Below are positions 9,341-19,013 of a stretch of DNA of 64,000 bases, piece by piece (the stretch's first letter is position 1; every line of letters begins with the position of its first letter). Source of the DNA: a virus; IMG/VR virus record IMGVR_UViG_3300025919_000136, positions 24,425-88,424 of that record, one strand, 5' to 3'. The position numbers and the translations under genes were made by a program. The notes beneath the pieces were generated by a model. It did no database searches. It was not told the origin of the DNA and worked only from the letters and a program-made list of their open reading frames with translations.

Positions 9341-9828
9341 GCTTGGTTAAAATGTCCTTTAAGATGTAGTCCCATTCCCACTGCATCAGATATGTGTTCG
9401 TCGAACTTCATGCCAAGACGATGCTTAATGCGGCGATCAACGACCTTCTTCGGCATGGTTCCCTTCCATTCGTTAACTGGGAGGAAGTGGTACTTGACTC
9501 CGTTGGTATGGCAGCACTGCGCTAATCGGCCTACCATTACGGACAGCTTCACTAAGTCACCTCTAGTGGCCGACGCAGCACCGGATCCGGTTGCTACCAT
9601 GAGCGCAGGATACTCAATATGGGCGTCGGTAACCTTGCCGGTTAGCTGGAGTAGTAGCTGAGTAAACTGAACTACGATACTATCGCAGCGCTCATCCCAC
9701 TCAGCAGATGGCCGCTTAGGAGCGAAGCAATCCACGGCTACTGGCGGAACTAGTTGCTTCCACAGTGGATTGCTCCATTGGGCAACTCCGGTGCCGCCTA
9801 CGCCTGGATCAACGGTTAGGGTGAACAT
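9337..9828 (-). CDS. RuvC-like Holliday junction resolvase
   Basis: VDPGxxGTG, IEYP, WKG and HISDAVGMG motifs. Confidence 0.8.
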   Translation of the reverse strand: MFTLTVDPGVGGTGVAQWSNPLWKQLVPPVAVDCFAPKRPSAEWDERCDSIVVQFTQLLLQLTGKVTDAHIEYPALMVATGSGAASATRGDLVKLSVMVGRLAQCCHTNGVKYHFLPVNEWKGTMPKKVVDRRIKHRLGMKFDEHISDAVGMGLHLKGHFNQA

Positions 9829-9877
9829 TACTTGGTCTGTAGGGCCGTCGGCCCATTCTCGGTTCCTTTGTATATGG

Positions 9878-10222
9878 TTATTGGGTTGGGGGTTGGTTCC
9901 TCGGCAGCAACCGGCTATGTGCCTCTACGGAGGCAATCTCGTTGGAGTGGTTCACCTTCAGCAGTGGTTCGCAGAACTTGGCATCATATGCGGCAATCCA
10001 TGCCTCCACTACCGCAATCACGAAGGACTTCGTAATGTGGCCGCTGGTTCGCTGGAAGCGAATGCAGGCTCGCGTTAGCACCGCTTGGAGGCGTGGATTG
10101 AGTCTCCACAGTTCGAACGGCGGATCGTCGGTATGCTGGTCGTAAAGGTAGGTACGCGCATAGTCCAGCGATTCGGACAGCGTGAGCCTGGTTATAGACT
10201 TCGTGACAGGGTTAAGTGGCAT
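9878..10222 (-). CDS. hypothetical protein
   Basis: Operon context. Confidence 0.5.
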   Translation of the reverse strand: MPLNPVTKSITRLTLSESLDYARTYLYDQHTDDPPFELWRLNPRLQAVLTRACIRFQRTSGHITKSFVIAVVEAWIAAYDAKFCEPLLKVNHSNEIASVEAHSRLLPRNQPPTQ

Positions 10223-10260
10223 GTTGGTGAAGGGACGTTTGGAGTGGGGTGAAGGCTCCG

Positions 10261-10743
10261 CTATGTATTGGTGGTGGGGTCGGGCGGCTCCGCGATGGGG
10301 CCGTACCAGAGACCTACCAAGTTAGTGATTGGACGTCCGACTTGATCGTGAAGGACGTTGGGATCTTGACACATTATCCTTACTCCCCAGCCCAAGTTCA
10401 GTAGTATAGGGTTCCGACACTCGTTCATAAATACATATAATCCTGATTCGCAAGGGGAGTACTTAGACCAGTAAGGACCGCTCTGTTTTGGCCCATCTTC
10501 TGGGAGAGATGCTCCGCCTGATTCATTCGCGTGGGGTTGGGCGTTGGCGTCAATGAAGTCCGCGATTTGACGGAGGAACTTTGCCCGTTCGTGACCGAAA
10601 TAATGAGGTCTACCTTCAGGTGACTCATCGTCGTATATGGTAGTAAAGATCAATGTATTTATCACTTGTTCGGTGTCGAGCTCGACGTATTCGTACGGTG
10701 GGTCTTGGTCGGGGCGCGGAATACAAAGTTTGGTTCGGTGCAT
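10261..10743 (-). CDS. hypothetical protein
   Basis: Operon context; contains a motif copy read as GASLPEDGP. Confidence 0.55.
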   Translation of the reverse strand: MHRTKLCIPRPDQDPPYEYVELDTEQVINTLIFTTIYDDESPEGRPHYFGHERAKFLRQIADFIDANAQPHANESGGASLPEDGPKQSGPYWSKYSPCESGLYVFMNECRNPILLNLGWGVRIMCQDPNVLHDQVGRPITNLVGLWYGPIAEPPDPTTNT

Positions 10744-10776
10744 GGTGGGCGGAGACTCCTTCCAGAAGATAGGCCT

Positions 10777-11010
10777 TCAATTATAGGTGGGTCTGTCGTC
10801 GTTGTTATCGCTGTTGGTATCGCCCCCAGAACAGTCCAAAACCCACGCCAGGGCCACCGCTGGCCAGAACAGAACCCAGCCCACGAAGCAGCATCCAGCC
10901 GCTGTGGCAGCCAAGATACGGCTGGGGGCGGAGTGTTGGTGGACGAACATCCGGATACTGAACAGGATGGAAACGACGATGCCCGCGACGAGGTAGAGGA
11001 ATAGGAGCAT
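10777..11010 (-). CDS. small two-TM membrane protein
   Basis: Likely start MLLFLYL; two hydrophobic helices. Confidence 0.55.
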   Translation of the reverse strand: MLLFLYLVAGIVVSILFSIRMFVHQHSAPSRILAATAAGCCFVGWVLFWPAVALAWVLDCSGGDTNSDNNDDRPTYN

Positions 11011-11012
11011 GA

Positions 11013-11249
11013 CTATTCGTACCTCTCGTAATGTCCTGGCAGGAGGAAGTAGTGACACCCGCCACTGAGCCGAACTACGCGTCGGTTTGGATGCAACCAC
11101 TTGGCGATCTCCTCGCCAGTCATGATGAGACCGTGACGCCTCATAACGCTTTGCAGGTTAGCGGTAGTAAAAACGTTGTCAGCGTTATCAAAGAATGATA
11201 TGGCTTCTTCTATCGCGTTCATCTGGCTCGCTTCTAGGTCGTTTATCAT
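11013..11249 (-). CDS. hypothetical protein
   Basis: TAATG overlap with the helicase stop. Confidence 0.55.
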   Translation of the reverse strand: MINDLEASQMNAIEEAISFFDNADNVFTTANLQSVMRRHGLIMTGEEIAKWLHPNRRVVRLSGGCHYFLLPGHYERYE

Positions 11250-12871
11250 TAGTTGTTTAGTTGCCTCCTCCAGAAGTTCGCATCAATCGCCGCCATGAAT
11301 AGCTTCGCGTTAGTTACCTTAGCGTTGACAGCGGCTACGATGTCTTCGTCGATGGTGCGTTCGGTGACCAGATCTATGTAGAGGAGCGGAGTAGTTTTCT
11401 TGGGGTGGTAGATCCGATCCTCGCTTTGGGCATTCACTTCACAGGAATACGAACGGCTGTAGTTGATGATGGTATCCGCTGCGGAGAGGTTCAGGCCCAT
11501 CTTCACCAAGGCTACTTGGCAAAGCAGTACGCGGTTGGGCGGGCTGGCGGGGGACTGGAACCACTCCAGAATAGCGGAGCGCTCCTTGGTTGGCGTTGAG
11601 CCGACCAGGATATCGTTCGGTATATTGTTAGCGTTCAGTAGTTCGGCCACGTGACGCAGTTCGCTGTTGAAGCGGAAGTAGACTACGACGGGTTGGCCTT
11701 GGAGTTCGCCCGTTAGAAGACGATATAGTTCGTTCCGCTTGCCGGGGTAGAGTAGGTTACCTTCGATGTCGCATCCACCGGCAAGGCGGGCGAGCCACAG
11801 CTGCTTCACTATGACGTGTTGGGTTTCGTGGCGAACCGTGTCCGTCTCGTGGCGGGTGGTGGCGGGGGTGTTGTGGTTGTCGGCGGTGATTTCGCTGTCG
11901 CTATCTGGTAAATCCAAAATGGCCGGGGGCGGTGGTTGGGCTGGGTTGTGCTGCGTTGTTGCTGCGATGGTGTGGTTGGCGTGTTCGGTAACTAGAGTGG
12001 CGAATTCGCGTTCAATCATCCGATACTGCTTGAGTTGTTCTGGAGTGGGGGGTATTGTGTATGTCTCTCGTACTTTATGGTTCGGTAGGTTCACATCCTG
12101 ACGACGGAGCACGAAGGCCTTGCTGTGGACGGCATCGTGAATGGTTTGGCGGGTGTCTGGTTTGGGGTCCCATCCGTCGCGCGAATCTACGCCGTTGGCC
12201 GGTTCGTAGAACTTAGCGCGGAAGTGGTAGTAGTTGTCGCAACCGAGGAACGTGTTGTGGAGGAACTTGAACTGTTGGAATAGGTCTAGGTCAGATTCAG
12301 GGCTGGGTAGGCCGCTTAGAATCATGCGATGGGGGACCATCCTAAAGCCCTTTGTCATTACCTTCGATATCTGGGCAGAGGGGTTACGGAATGTAGTTGA
12401 TTCATCAGCGATCACAACTTTCCAGGCCATCGCGGCAATGGTGGGATCAGCACGAAGTGCCTCGTAGTTAAGGAGAACCCAACGGCGTTGGTAGAGTGGC
12501 GTGGCCGGGTGGATTGGTCGTGATGGGGGGCGGTAGGCTGTAGGCTTGAAGGCCCACTGCATGCGGAAGCGCCGCTTCTCTGGAGAGAGTCCAGTTGATA
12601 GGATGAAGGTTTCTCGTTCCTCGGTTAGTTCGAGCCTCCAGGCGTTGAGTACGGTTAATGGGGCTAGCACTAGTATGGGCATGGGTGTGGTGGTCGGGGT
12701 AGGATACCAACCTTGGACGGTCCTTATAGCTGTGAGGCTCTTCCCCAATCGCATATCCATGAGCCAAGCCGGATGGCGAACGGAATCTGTGGTCAGCCAC
12801 CGCAGCGCATCCTGCTGGTGAGGCATGAGCGGGCGCTTGCTGGTTGGTGCGGTGGCGGTTGGAGTTGGCAT
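11249..12871 (-). CDS. SNF2-family helicase/ATPase
   Basis: LMPHQ, MRLGKS, IADES, LSGLP, GLNL and QSEDRIYH motifs. Confidence 0.9.
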   Translation of the reverse strand: MPTPTATAPTSKRPLMPHQQDALRWLTTDSVRHPAWLMDMRLGKSLTAIRTVQGWYPTPTTTPMPILVLAPLTVLNAWRLELTEERETFILSTGLSPEKRRFRMQWAFKPTAYRPPSRPIHPATPLYQRRWVLLNYEALRADPTIAAMAWKVVIADESTTFRNPSAQISKVMTKGFRMVPHRMILSGLPSPESDLDLFQQFKFLHNTFLGCDNYYHFRAKFYEPANGVDSRDGWDPKPDTRQTIHDAVHSKAFVLRRQDVNLPNHKVRETYTIPPTPEQLKQYRMIEREFATLVTEHANHTIAATTQHNPAQPPPPAILDLPDSDSEITADNHNTPATTRHETDTVRHETQHVIVKQLWLARLAGGCDIEGNLLYPGKRNELYRLLTGELQGQPVVVYFRFNSELRHVAELLNANNIPNDILVGSTPTKERSAILEWFQSPASPPNRVLLCQVALVKMGLNLSAADTIINYSRSYSCEVNAQSEDRIYHPKKTTPLLYIDLVTERTIDEDIVAAVNAKVTNAKLFMAAIDANFWRRQLNN

Positions 12872-13041
12872 TGGAGTGGTCTGGGTAGGTTAAGCGTTCA
12901 GGATATCCCAACCGAACGGATCATACAAGTCGTGGTAGTCAGATCCGCCGTCAGCGGAGTCCTCTCCAGAGAAGTGGGCCAAAACTGCGAACACGAGGCC
13001 TGCTAAGAGTAGGGAAGCGAAGGCAAGGATGAGTTTTGGTT

Positions 13042-13413
13042 TCATGACATTTTGGAGGTAGGTTCGTAATCAGTAGAGTTAGTTGGTTTTCCAGCTGCCT
13101 TGGTCTTGAACTTCGAATCTACCTTGTTCAGGTCTAGTACTTGGTTCCCTGGCTTCGAGAGTTCGTTGATCAAGATGCGCGCTAGCTTATGGCCCGTCTC
13201 GGTAGAGGGAACGGAGATAAGCGGGATTGGGCGCTCATCGTCGGTTAGCTTGCAGTACAAGACCGGAGTCTTGGAATTGGTAGTGTGGGCCGTCCACAGC
13301 TTCGATATGTGGGCGCAGTTAACAATGGTATGGAGTGTGGTGATCAGCCACTTCTGGGTGAGCTCCATCGGCATTGGTACTAGGGGCGGTTCGGGCTTCG
13401 GGTGGAGGGCCAT
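13042..13413 (-). CDS. hypothetical protein
   Basis: Operon context. Confidence 0.5.
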   Translation of the reverse strand: MALHPKPEPPLVPMPMELTQKWLITTLHTIVNCAHISKLWTAHTTNSKTPVLYCKLTDDERPIPLISVPSTETGHKLARILINELSKPGNQVLDLNKVDSKFKTKAAGKPTNSTDYEPTSKMS

Positions 13414-13763
13414 TAGGATTGGTTCGGTAACTTAGATGGGAACTGGTTGTCCTTGGATAGGGCCGCATCCGTTCGCTTGCGGCGGAGCGAGTCGCGAAGC
13501 CGGGGCACGAAGAATGGGGCGTGGGAATCCATACCGACGCGGTAGGATAGGTAACAGATTAGGATGGTAAGCGGCGGGAGGATGTAGTTCATAGGTTTAG
13601 TCTCCGGTACAGAATACGTAGAACAGGAACTCCCAAACGAGCGCCACGACCACCAACGACGCAACCAGACTGTAATCACCTTGGCAGAGCAGATAAGTGT
13701 AGGCGCTGCCTTGAATGAAGCGGAGTACTTCCAGTGGTAACGTCTGGCGGCGGAATTTGCGGA

Positions 13764-14009
13764 TCATGGGCTTGTGGTGGTATGGAATGGTTCGTTCGCC
13801 TCGGCGGTGTATAGTCTGCGGTTGATGATTTCGATGACGAGATCGATACGTTGCCAGACGGATAGGTCGGTGTTCGGATGGAAATGGAACAGCTTTGCAC
13901 GGCGGACTAGGGTTCGTTTCGGGTATAGCTTCATCATCCGCCGTGCGATTGCACGCTCCTTGTGGTCGAAGCCCTCGCAGGCTAGCAAGTATTCGTACGA
14001 TGGTCTCAT
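13764..14009 (-). CDS. hypothetical protein
   Basis: ATGA overlap. Confidence 0.5.
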   Translation of the reverse strand: MRPSYEYLLACEGFDHKERAIARRMMKLYPKRTLVRRAKLFHFHPNTDLSVWQRIDLVIEIINRRLYTAEANEPFHTTTSP

Positions 14010-14392
14010 GACTCAATCAGCGACTGGAGCACCTTCATATCGCCTTCGAGGAAAGTATAGCCGTTAGCGATCTTGTTCAGAAGGTAGATGGCGGAGATCT
14101 TCCAATTGCGGTTGTTGTCTTCGACTGCAAGTTTCCAGTCGTACTTGAATATGTATCGTTCGGCTTCCAGCGAAGCCAAGGATTTCTCCCGTTCGCATTC
14201 GTCTTCGATACCCAGGATCTGGTGGACGATGTTGCTCGTGATTTGGGCCGCTTCTCTGGGAGAGATCTCCGCTGTGGCAGACTGCTTTACGTGCCTGTCG
14301 GTGGTTTTCTTCTGTCCGCCGTATATGGTGGCGAACGTGCTGATCTGCGCTTGCTTGCGACGGCGCTGCATTTCTTGGGCGGTGATTGGCAT
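14006..14392 (-). CDS. hypothetical protein
   Basis: AAGGAG RBS upstream. Confidence 0.6.
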   Translation of the reverse strand: MPITAQEMQRRRKQAQISTFATIYGGQKKTTDRHVKQSATAEISPREAAQITSNIVHQILGIEDECEREKSLASLEAERYIFKYDWKLAVEDNNRNWKISAIYLLNKIANGYTFLEGDMKVLQSLIES

Positions 14393-14439
14393 GGTTGGTT
14401 GGACTCCTTAGTAGGATTGTGGCTTGGTTACTTGAACGG

Positions 14440-14799
14440 CTAATCTATGCTGCTAACGTAGTAGACTCCAGTGAATCGGCCTTTACTGAGTTGGACGGTA
14501 CAAGGGTCGCCGTCCTTCAACGAACGGTATCGTTCAACGTAGGTCTCGGCTTCGTAGGAATGATGGTCGAAGCTGGTTTGGACGCGGATGTAGTAATGTT
14601 CGGGATTGTACTGCGGCATCATTTGCTTGCCGGTGTACATGTAGGTGGTAGACGGCGGAACGTAGCGGTGGCCGAGTACTATGGCTGCGGTGCTGTTAGA
14701 CGGAGCCAGCAGCATGTCGGCGGCGAAGAATACTACCGACAGTATGATCAGTGCGAGCACGAGGCCGATGAGTTTCGTAGTCCGATCGTAGGTTTCCAT
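14440..14799 (-). CDS. membrane-anchored OB-fold-like protein
   Basis: Likely start METYD; TM helix then a beta-rich domain ending LKDGD..TVQLSKGRFTG. Confidence 0.6.
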   Translation of the reverse strand: METYDRTTKLIGLVLALIILSVVFFAADMLLAPSNSTAAIVLGHRYVPPSTTYMYTGKQMMPQYNPEHYYIRVQTSFDHHSYEAETYVERYRSLKDGDPCTVQLSKGRFTGVYYVSSID

Positions 14800-14917
14800 G
14801 GCTAGGGTGGTTGTGGTAGTCTCGGTTACCGGATCCGGGGTCGGCTTGCCTACGCGTCCGGTCGCAAGCAGCCAACGGCCTCTATATGGGTGGGTAGGCG
14901 TGGTTGGTGCGGGTTGG

Positions 14918-15802
14918 TTAGTTAAAAGACAGATGGATTTCCTGCTGGTCGGCGGCGACTTGGGTATAATCATCGACCAAGGAGCGGAGTCGCTTGAGAG
15001 TGTTGAATTGTACGGCGGGACTGAACGACTTCACGACTTCGGTAGCTGAGTTGTAGAAGCTATATAAGGTGCGCGGTTCGAACTCGTCGTGGGTGGGGTT
15101 CTGCCAATTGTGGTAGACGGACTCAAGGTGCCGCCACTTGAAGATCCCTCGCTCCCCCGCCTTCATGATGGCATAAGAGGCATCGCGGTCGTCCATCGGG
15201 ACTTGCTGCATGCCAACCGCTAGGAGTTGGACGGAGTCCAACTCTTGGAGGTAGTTTTCCACGCCTTCGGCGACGGTCTCTTCGAGATTGCGCTGGGAAA
15301 GTTCGCGGAGTTGGGCGTCGGTAAGCTGGGACAGGCCCGGAATGGGTTCGTTGTAGTTAGTGGTGGATTTGGACTGTAGATGTTGGTTTATTGATTGGGT
15401 GTTGGGGCGAAGGTGCCGATGCTTCAGCACGAAGTCCCCGGAGAACATGCCATTGGCGCAGACCGCAATGCGCGCACCCACCGCGAAGGAGATCGCGTAG
15501 CGACCCAAATTATCATGGCGGACGCCAAGGGAGAACGTGGCCGGGGAGCCAGGGATATTGAGGGCGAAGTCGGTATTGGAAGTGTCCAGGTCCAGCGCGC
15601 CGAAGAGGGCGCTGCCGTTGGGGTTGGTGTACCAACCTTCGTTGGTGATTTGGAGGCCGATCTTCTGGACATAGGAGGTAATGGTGTCCGCTAGGACACC
15701 GTGGTTGACGCCTTCCCACAGGCGACCTACGTCGGTTCGCGGTGGGACTGGGATGTCGTGGAGTTGGGCGCGGGTCTGGGCAATACCGGAGTTGTACAGC
15801 AT
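14918..15802 (-). CDS. DUF932/DUF945-like protein
   Basis: LGVRHDN...FAVGARIAVCANGMF, TLYSFYNSATE; first gene after a promoter. Confidence 0.8.
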   Translation of the reverse strand: MLYNSGIAQTRAQLHDIPVPPRTDVGRLWEGVNHGVLADTITSYVQKIGLQITNEGWYTNPNGSALFGALDLDTSNTDFALNIPGSPATFSLGVRHDNLGRYAISFAVGARIAVCANGMFSGDFVLKHRHLRPNTQSINQHLQSKSTTNYNEPIPGLSQLTDAQLRELSQRNLEETVAEGVENYLQELDSVQLLAVGMQQVPMDDRDASYAIMKAGERGIFKWRHLESVYHNWQNPTHDEFEPRTLYSFYNSATEVVKSFSPAVQFNTLKRLRSLVDDYTQVAADQQEIHLSFN

Positions 15803-15856
15803 GGGGTGGGCTCCTTTGGTAGGGTCGGTCTTGGTATGACTTGGTTGACAGAGTAT

Positions 15857-15885
15857 ATTATGCCCGATCTTGGGGCGTTTGGGTG
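15857..15885 (-). promoter_or_regulatory. phage-type promoter CACCCA-N17-CATAAT
   Basis: Family consensus. Confidence 0.75.
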
Positions 15886-16205
15886 GGGTTTATTGGGGTA
15901 TTTTCGGAATTATTTGTAGGTAGGTTTCGTACCCAGAAATCTTTGATGGCCGATTCTTGGTTCTCGTAAGTATATAGCGGAGTGGTATTGAACGGATACG
16001 AGGTTTGGTATAGCCTGGTGGTATAATAGTTGATCACGCGGAGAACGGCGCGGAGTTGTTTCCGGTGACGTTGGCTGCGGCGGTATAGGTGATGTGGGTT
16101 GCGGAGTTTGGGCGCTCTTCTGGGAGAGATGCTCCGCTGTCCATAGATAGCATTCGATTGCCGCGTTGACGTGGGGTGGCCGTATGTGGTGGAGGGGTAC
16201 TTCAT
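15858..16205 (-). CDS. hypothetical basic protein
   Basis: ATGA overlap with the upstream gene. Confidence 0.4.
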   Translation of the reverse strand: MKYPSTTYGHPTSTRQSNAIYGQRSISPRRAPKLRNPHHLYRRSQRHRKQLRAVLRVINYYTTRLYQTSYPFNTTPLYTYENQESAIKDFWVRNLPTNNSENTPINPTQTPQDRA

Positions 16206-17281
16206 TGTGGGTTGGGGTCGGGCTCGGGTTCGCTTGGCTGGCTGTGGTGATAGTGAACGGCACTTTGGATAAAGTCTTGGACGTGGTTCGCCAGCTGCAC
16301 GTGATTAATGAACTGGACGTCCTTCACCTCTATGCAATTCAAATTGCCTGGGTGGCGGGATTCTGCCTCGCGGAGGAGGTCAAGCGGAAGGACGATATAG
16401 AAAAGGTGGATTTGGTAATTAGTTGGGTTAGTTGGTTGGACTGGGAACGCTGAGTAGTAGATCCAATCATCATAGTTGGTGGAAAGGCCGGTCGTGGCTT
16501 CGAAGGCTTCGGCCATAGCGTGGTTGAATGAGTATGATGGGTCGGGCTGGTCGGCTGGGTAGACGGTAGCTACTCCGCTCCACAAGTGATCGTCGTTGAG
16601 CGGAGGTAGGGTCAGCTTGTTGGACTTGCGCAGGAGTACTCGTTTGAAGTCGGGCGTGAAGGCGAAGCCGAGAACGTAGTCGGTGCGTGGGGTGGACTCG
16701 TTTGTTTGGGGTTGGGTGTTTGTAGCTATCTCCCCTAGTAGCTGGTCGTATATCTGCTCTGTCTGATGGTCTGATAATAGACCTACTTCTTGGATGCTGG
16801 GACCACAGATACAAACTACGCGGAGGCTTGGGTATGTTTTATTGACTGATACCTGCAACTGGTGAGCTATTTCTTGTAGCTGCTCTAGACGGAAGTACTC
16901 AGCTGTATCTATACCAAAGTTTAGTAGAAGAAGTCCCGCTGATTCTAAGGCTTCGTTGGATAACAGTTGAGCGTTCGCCGACGGCACCACCATTAGGTTT
17001 ATGTGTTGGGCTGGTGTGGCTGGTTGGGTGTCGGTGGGTGTGGGCGTAGGTTGGGCGAATGGATTCGGGGCGGGGCGGGGTAGGTCATATGGTGCGGAGG
17101 AATCGGTGGTGGCGTTGGCTTCTAGCATGGTTAGATAGTCTAGGAAGCCTTCGTAGGGGAAGGTCAGGTATTCTTCCTTGCCTAGCTCATGGCAACGCAC
17201 CCTACCTTCAAGAATACTAGCCCTTAAGCCCAAGGCCTCAGCGCGAGCTAACGTTGATTGTTCGTTAGTAGTCGGTTCCAT
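16202..17281 (-). CDS. multidomain protein with a degenerate C-terminal Nudix fold
   Basis: YVLGFAFTPDFKRVLL...AMAEAFEATTGL (Nudix box lacking REUXEE). Confidence 0.6.
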   Translation of the reverse strand: MEPTTNEQSTLARAEALGLRASILEGRVRCHELGKEEYLTFPYEGFLDYLTMLEANATTDSSAPYDLPRPAPNPFAQPTPTPTDTQPATPAQHINLMVVPSANAQLLSNEALESAGLLLLNFGIDTAEYFRLEQLQEIAHQLQVSVNKTYPSLRVVCICGPSIQEVGLLSDHQTEQIYDQLLGEIATNTQPQTNESTPRTDYVLGFAFTPDFKRVLLRKSNKLTLPPLNDDHLWSGVATVYPADQPDPSYSFNHAMAEAFEATTGLSTNYDDWIYYSAFPVQPTNPTNYQIHLFYIVLPLDLLREAESRHPGNLNCIEVKDVQFINHVQLANHVQDFIQSAVHYHHSQPSEPEPDPNPQ

Positions 17282-17311
17282 TATATTAGTTCCTTTAGCT
17301 AGATACCGGAG

Positions 17312-17452
17312 TCAATCGTTGCCTAGTTCGTGGGAGCGAACTTTGCCTTCGAGGATGGTTGCCTGAAGTCCGAGGGCTTTGGCACGGTTGATAGTGTTTT
17401 GTTCGGAGGTTGTGGTTGGTTCAACGTTGGATGTAGACGTGGTTGGTTCCAT
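17312..17452 (-). CDS. 46-aa ORF duplicating the N-terminus of 16202-17281
   Basis: MEPTTSTSNVEPTTTSEQNTINRAKALGLQATILEGKVRSHELGND* versus MEPTTNEQSTLARAEALGLRASILEGRVRCHELG. Confidence 0.55.
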   Translation of the reverse strand: MEPTTSTSNVEPTTTSEQNTINRAKALGLQATILEGKVRSHELGND

Positions 17453-17669
17453 GGAGAGTGGGTTCCTTTGCTGGCTTGTTGGGTTTATAAACGGATTGTA
17501 TGGATCGACCTAGGTTCTGCAGGTTAAGTGTTACGAACATGACCAACGCAGACCCAATTATGGTTTCTATGCTTCGGCCAGGGAAGATGTAGAGCGACAG
17601 AGCCAGAAGTGGCAGCATTTCTAGCCAGATGCCGAAGCCGTAGACTAGATAGCGAGCGAGTTTGTTCAT
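17421..17669 (-). CDS. small membrane protein
   Basis: Two hydrophobic segments. Confidence 0.5.
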   Translation of the reverse strand: MNKLARYLVYGFGIWLEMLPLLALSLYIFPGRSIETIIGSALVMFVTLNLQNLGRSIQSVYKPNKPAKEPTLHGTNHVYIQR

Positions 17670-18088
17670 TGTAGTTTTGGGCCGTCCTCTGGGAGAGATG
17701 TCTCCGCGTCAATATTCGGTGTGGGCGTGGTCTTGGGCGGAGCTAACGCTGCTACGTTTTCTAATGCTTGACGAGCGATGGATTTCAGATAGTTTGGGTC
17801 GTTGGCGTTGTAGATGGCCATAACTCCGTTCAGGCGGTGGGTTGGTGGCAGCTTGCGTATGATGGCGGCAATAGGATCTACGATATCTTGTAGTGCTTGC
17901 GTAGCTAATTCAAGTTGGCGGTTAGCGGTGGTGGCGTTCCATTTGGTTGTAGCTAGTTCGGGTGTGGGTGCGGAGGGGCCGGTTGCGTCGCAGGTGTAGC
18001 AACCGGTCTGGACGTTGCCGTTGGATAAGGAGGCGTAGGATGGGTCTGTGTCGGTAGAGCCGCAGAAGGGGCAGGGGTTGGGTTTCAT
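17666..18088 (-). CDS. Lar-like (restriction alleviation) Zn-finger protein
   Basis: KPNPCPFCG...CYTCDATGP...KWN. Confidence 0.75.
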   Translation of the reverse strand: MKPNPCPFCGSTDTDPSYASLSNGNVQTGCYTCDATGPSAPTPELATTKWNATTANRQLELATQALQDIVDPIAAIIRKLPPTHRLNGVMAIYNANDPNYLKSIARQALENVAALAPPKTTPTPNIDAETSLPEDGPKLQ

Positions 18089-18330
18089 TTTGTATCGGTT
18101 TGGGGTTTGGGCGGCATCTCTCCGTACTTGAAGAAGTATATAAGGCAGTCTTCGCAGAGATCAGGGAGCTCAGACTTCGGCCGATCATTAGTGCCGATGA
18201 ATAGATGTACCTCCAGCGGGCGTGGAGACTTGAGAAGTGAGGGATTTGGATAGTAGTTGTGGGTGTGCTGGTAGCTCGCACCAGAATGCTTGAGGAGGGT
18301 ACCGCAACCGTCGCATTTGATTTCTATCAT
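18085..18330 (-). CDS. small Zn-finger protein
   Basis: CDGCG...DLCEDC. Confidence 0.6.
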   Translation of the reverse strand: MIEIKCDGCGTLLKHSGASYQHTHNYYPNPSLLKSPRPLEVHLFIGTNDRPKSELPDLCEDCLIYFFKYGEMPPKPQTDTK

Positions 18331-18362
18331 AAGGTTTGGTGGACTTGTGGACTATGGATGAG

Positions 18363-19013
18363 TTACGTATTCGCCAGCAGATCATATAACGATGCAGTTC
18401 GTTCGCCGGATTCGTAGCGAAGAATACCTTCGTATAGTTGAACGGCGGTTGTGACTGAGATGCTGTGGTCGGCGAGGGTGGTATAGGTTCGTTGGGCGAT
18501 GGCTTCCCACTGGGCTTCGACTCGACTGGTGGAGTTGGTTGGCTTAGTGGAACGGTAGTTCCAAGTGTGGCGGGCTGCACTGTGGGTGTAGCATTCGGGG
18601 CCGCGTGCGTTGCAGCCGGGGCATCGAACATAGTATATTGGTTCGTTGTAGGACGGGTGGTGTTCCTCGACGCAAACTCGTGGGCTGGTGTGGTTGCAGA
18701 ACGGGCAAGCGGAGAGTGGTGGGTGGGTTGGCTGTGGGGTTGGGGTGGGTTGGGATTGTATATTGGTTGGTTGTTCGGTCGTTAGTATGAGTATGTTGGT
18801 TGGCTTATAAATCGCTTGGAAGTAGACCGGCGGATATGGATCTCCGGGGTGGGCTTCGTTGGAGTTGGGTGGAAGGATAGCAATGCCGCCGATAGGTTGC
18901 CAACCGGTGTTGTAGGTGGCTTGGGCGACTTGCTGGCATAGTTCGTAGCAGCCGTCAGCGGAGAGGATGCGGTAGTTTAGGTCGGGTGTGGGTTGGTTCA
19001 TTTGGTTTGGCAT
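18363..19013 (-). CDS. DUF1737-like plus Lar-like fusion protein
   Basis: YRILS...GWQPIGGIA...FQAI, then LSACPFC...VRCPGCNARGP...WN. Confidence 0.65.
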   Translation of the reverse strand: MPNQMNQPTPDLNYRILSADGCYELCQQVAQATYNTGWQPIGGIAILPPNSNEAHPGDPYPPVYFQAIYKPTNILILTTEQPTNIQSQPTPTPQPTHPPLSACPFCNHTSPRVCVEEHHPSYNEPIYYVRCPGCNARGPECYTHSAARHTWNYRSTKPTNSTSRVEAQWEAIAQRTYTTLADHSISVTTAVQLYEGILRYESGERTASLYDLLANT

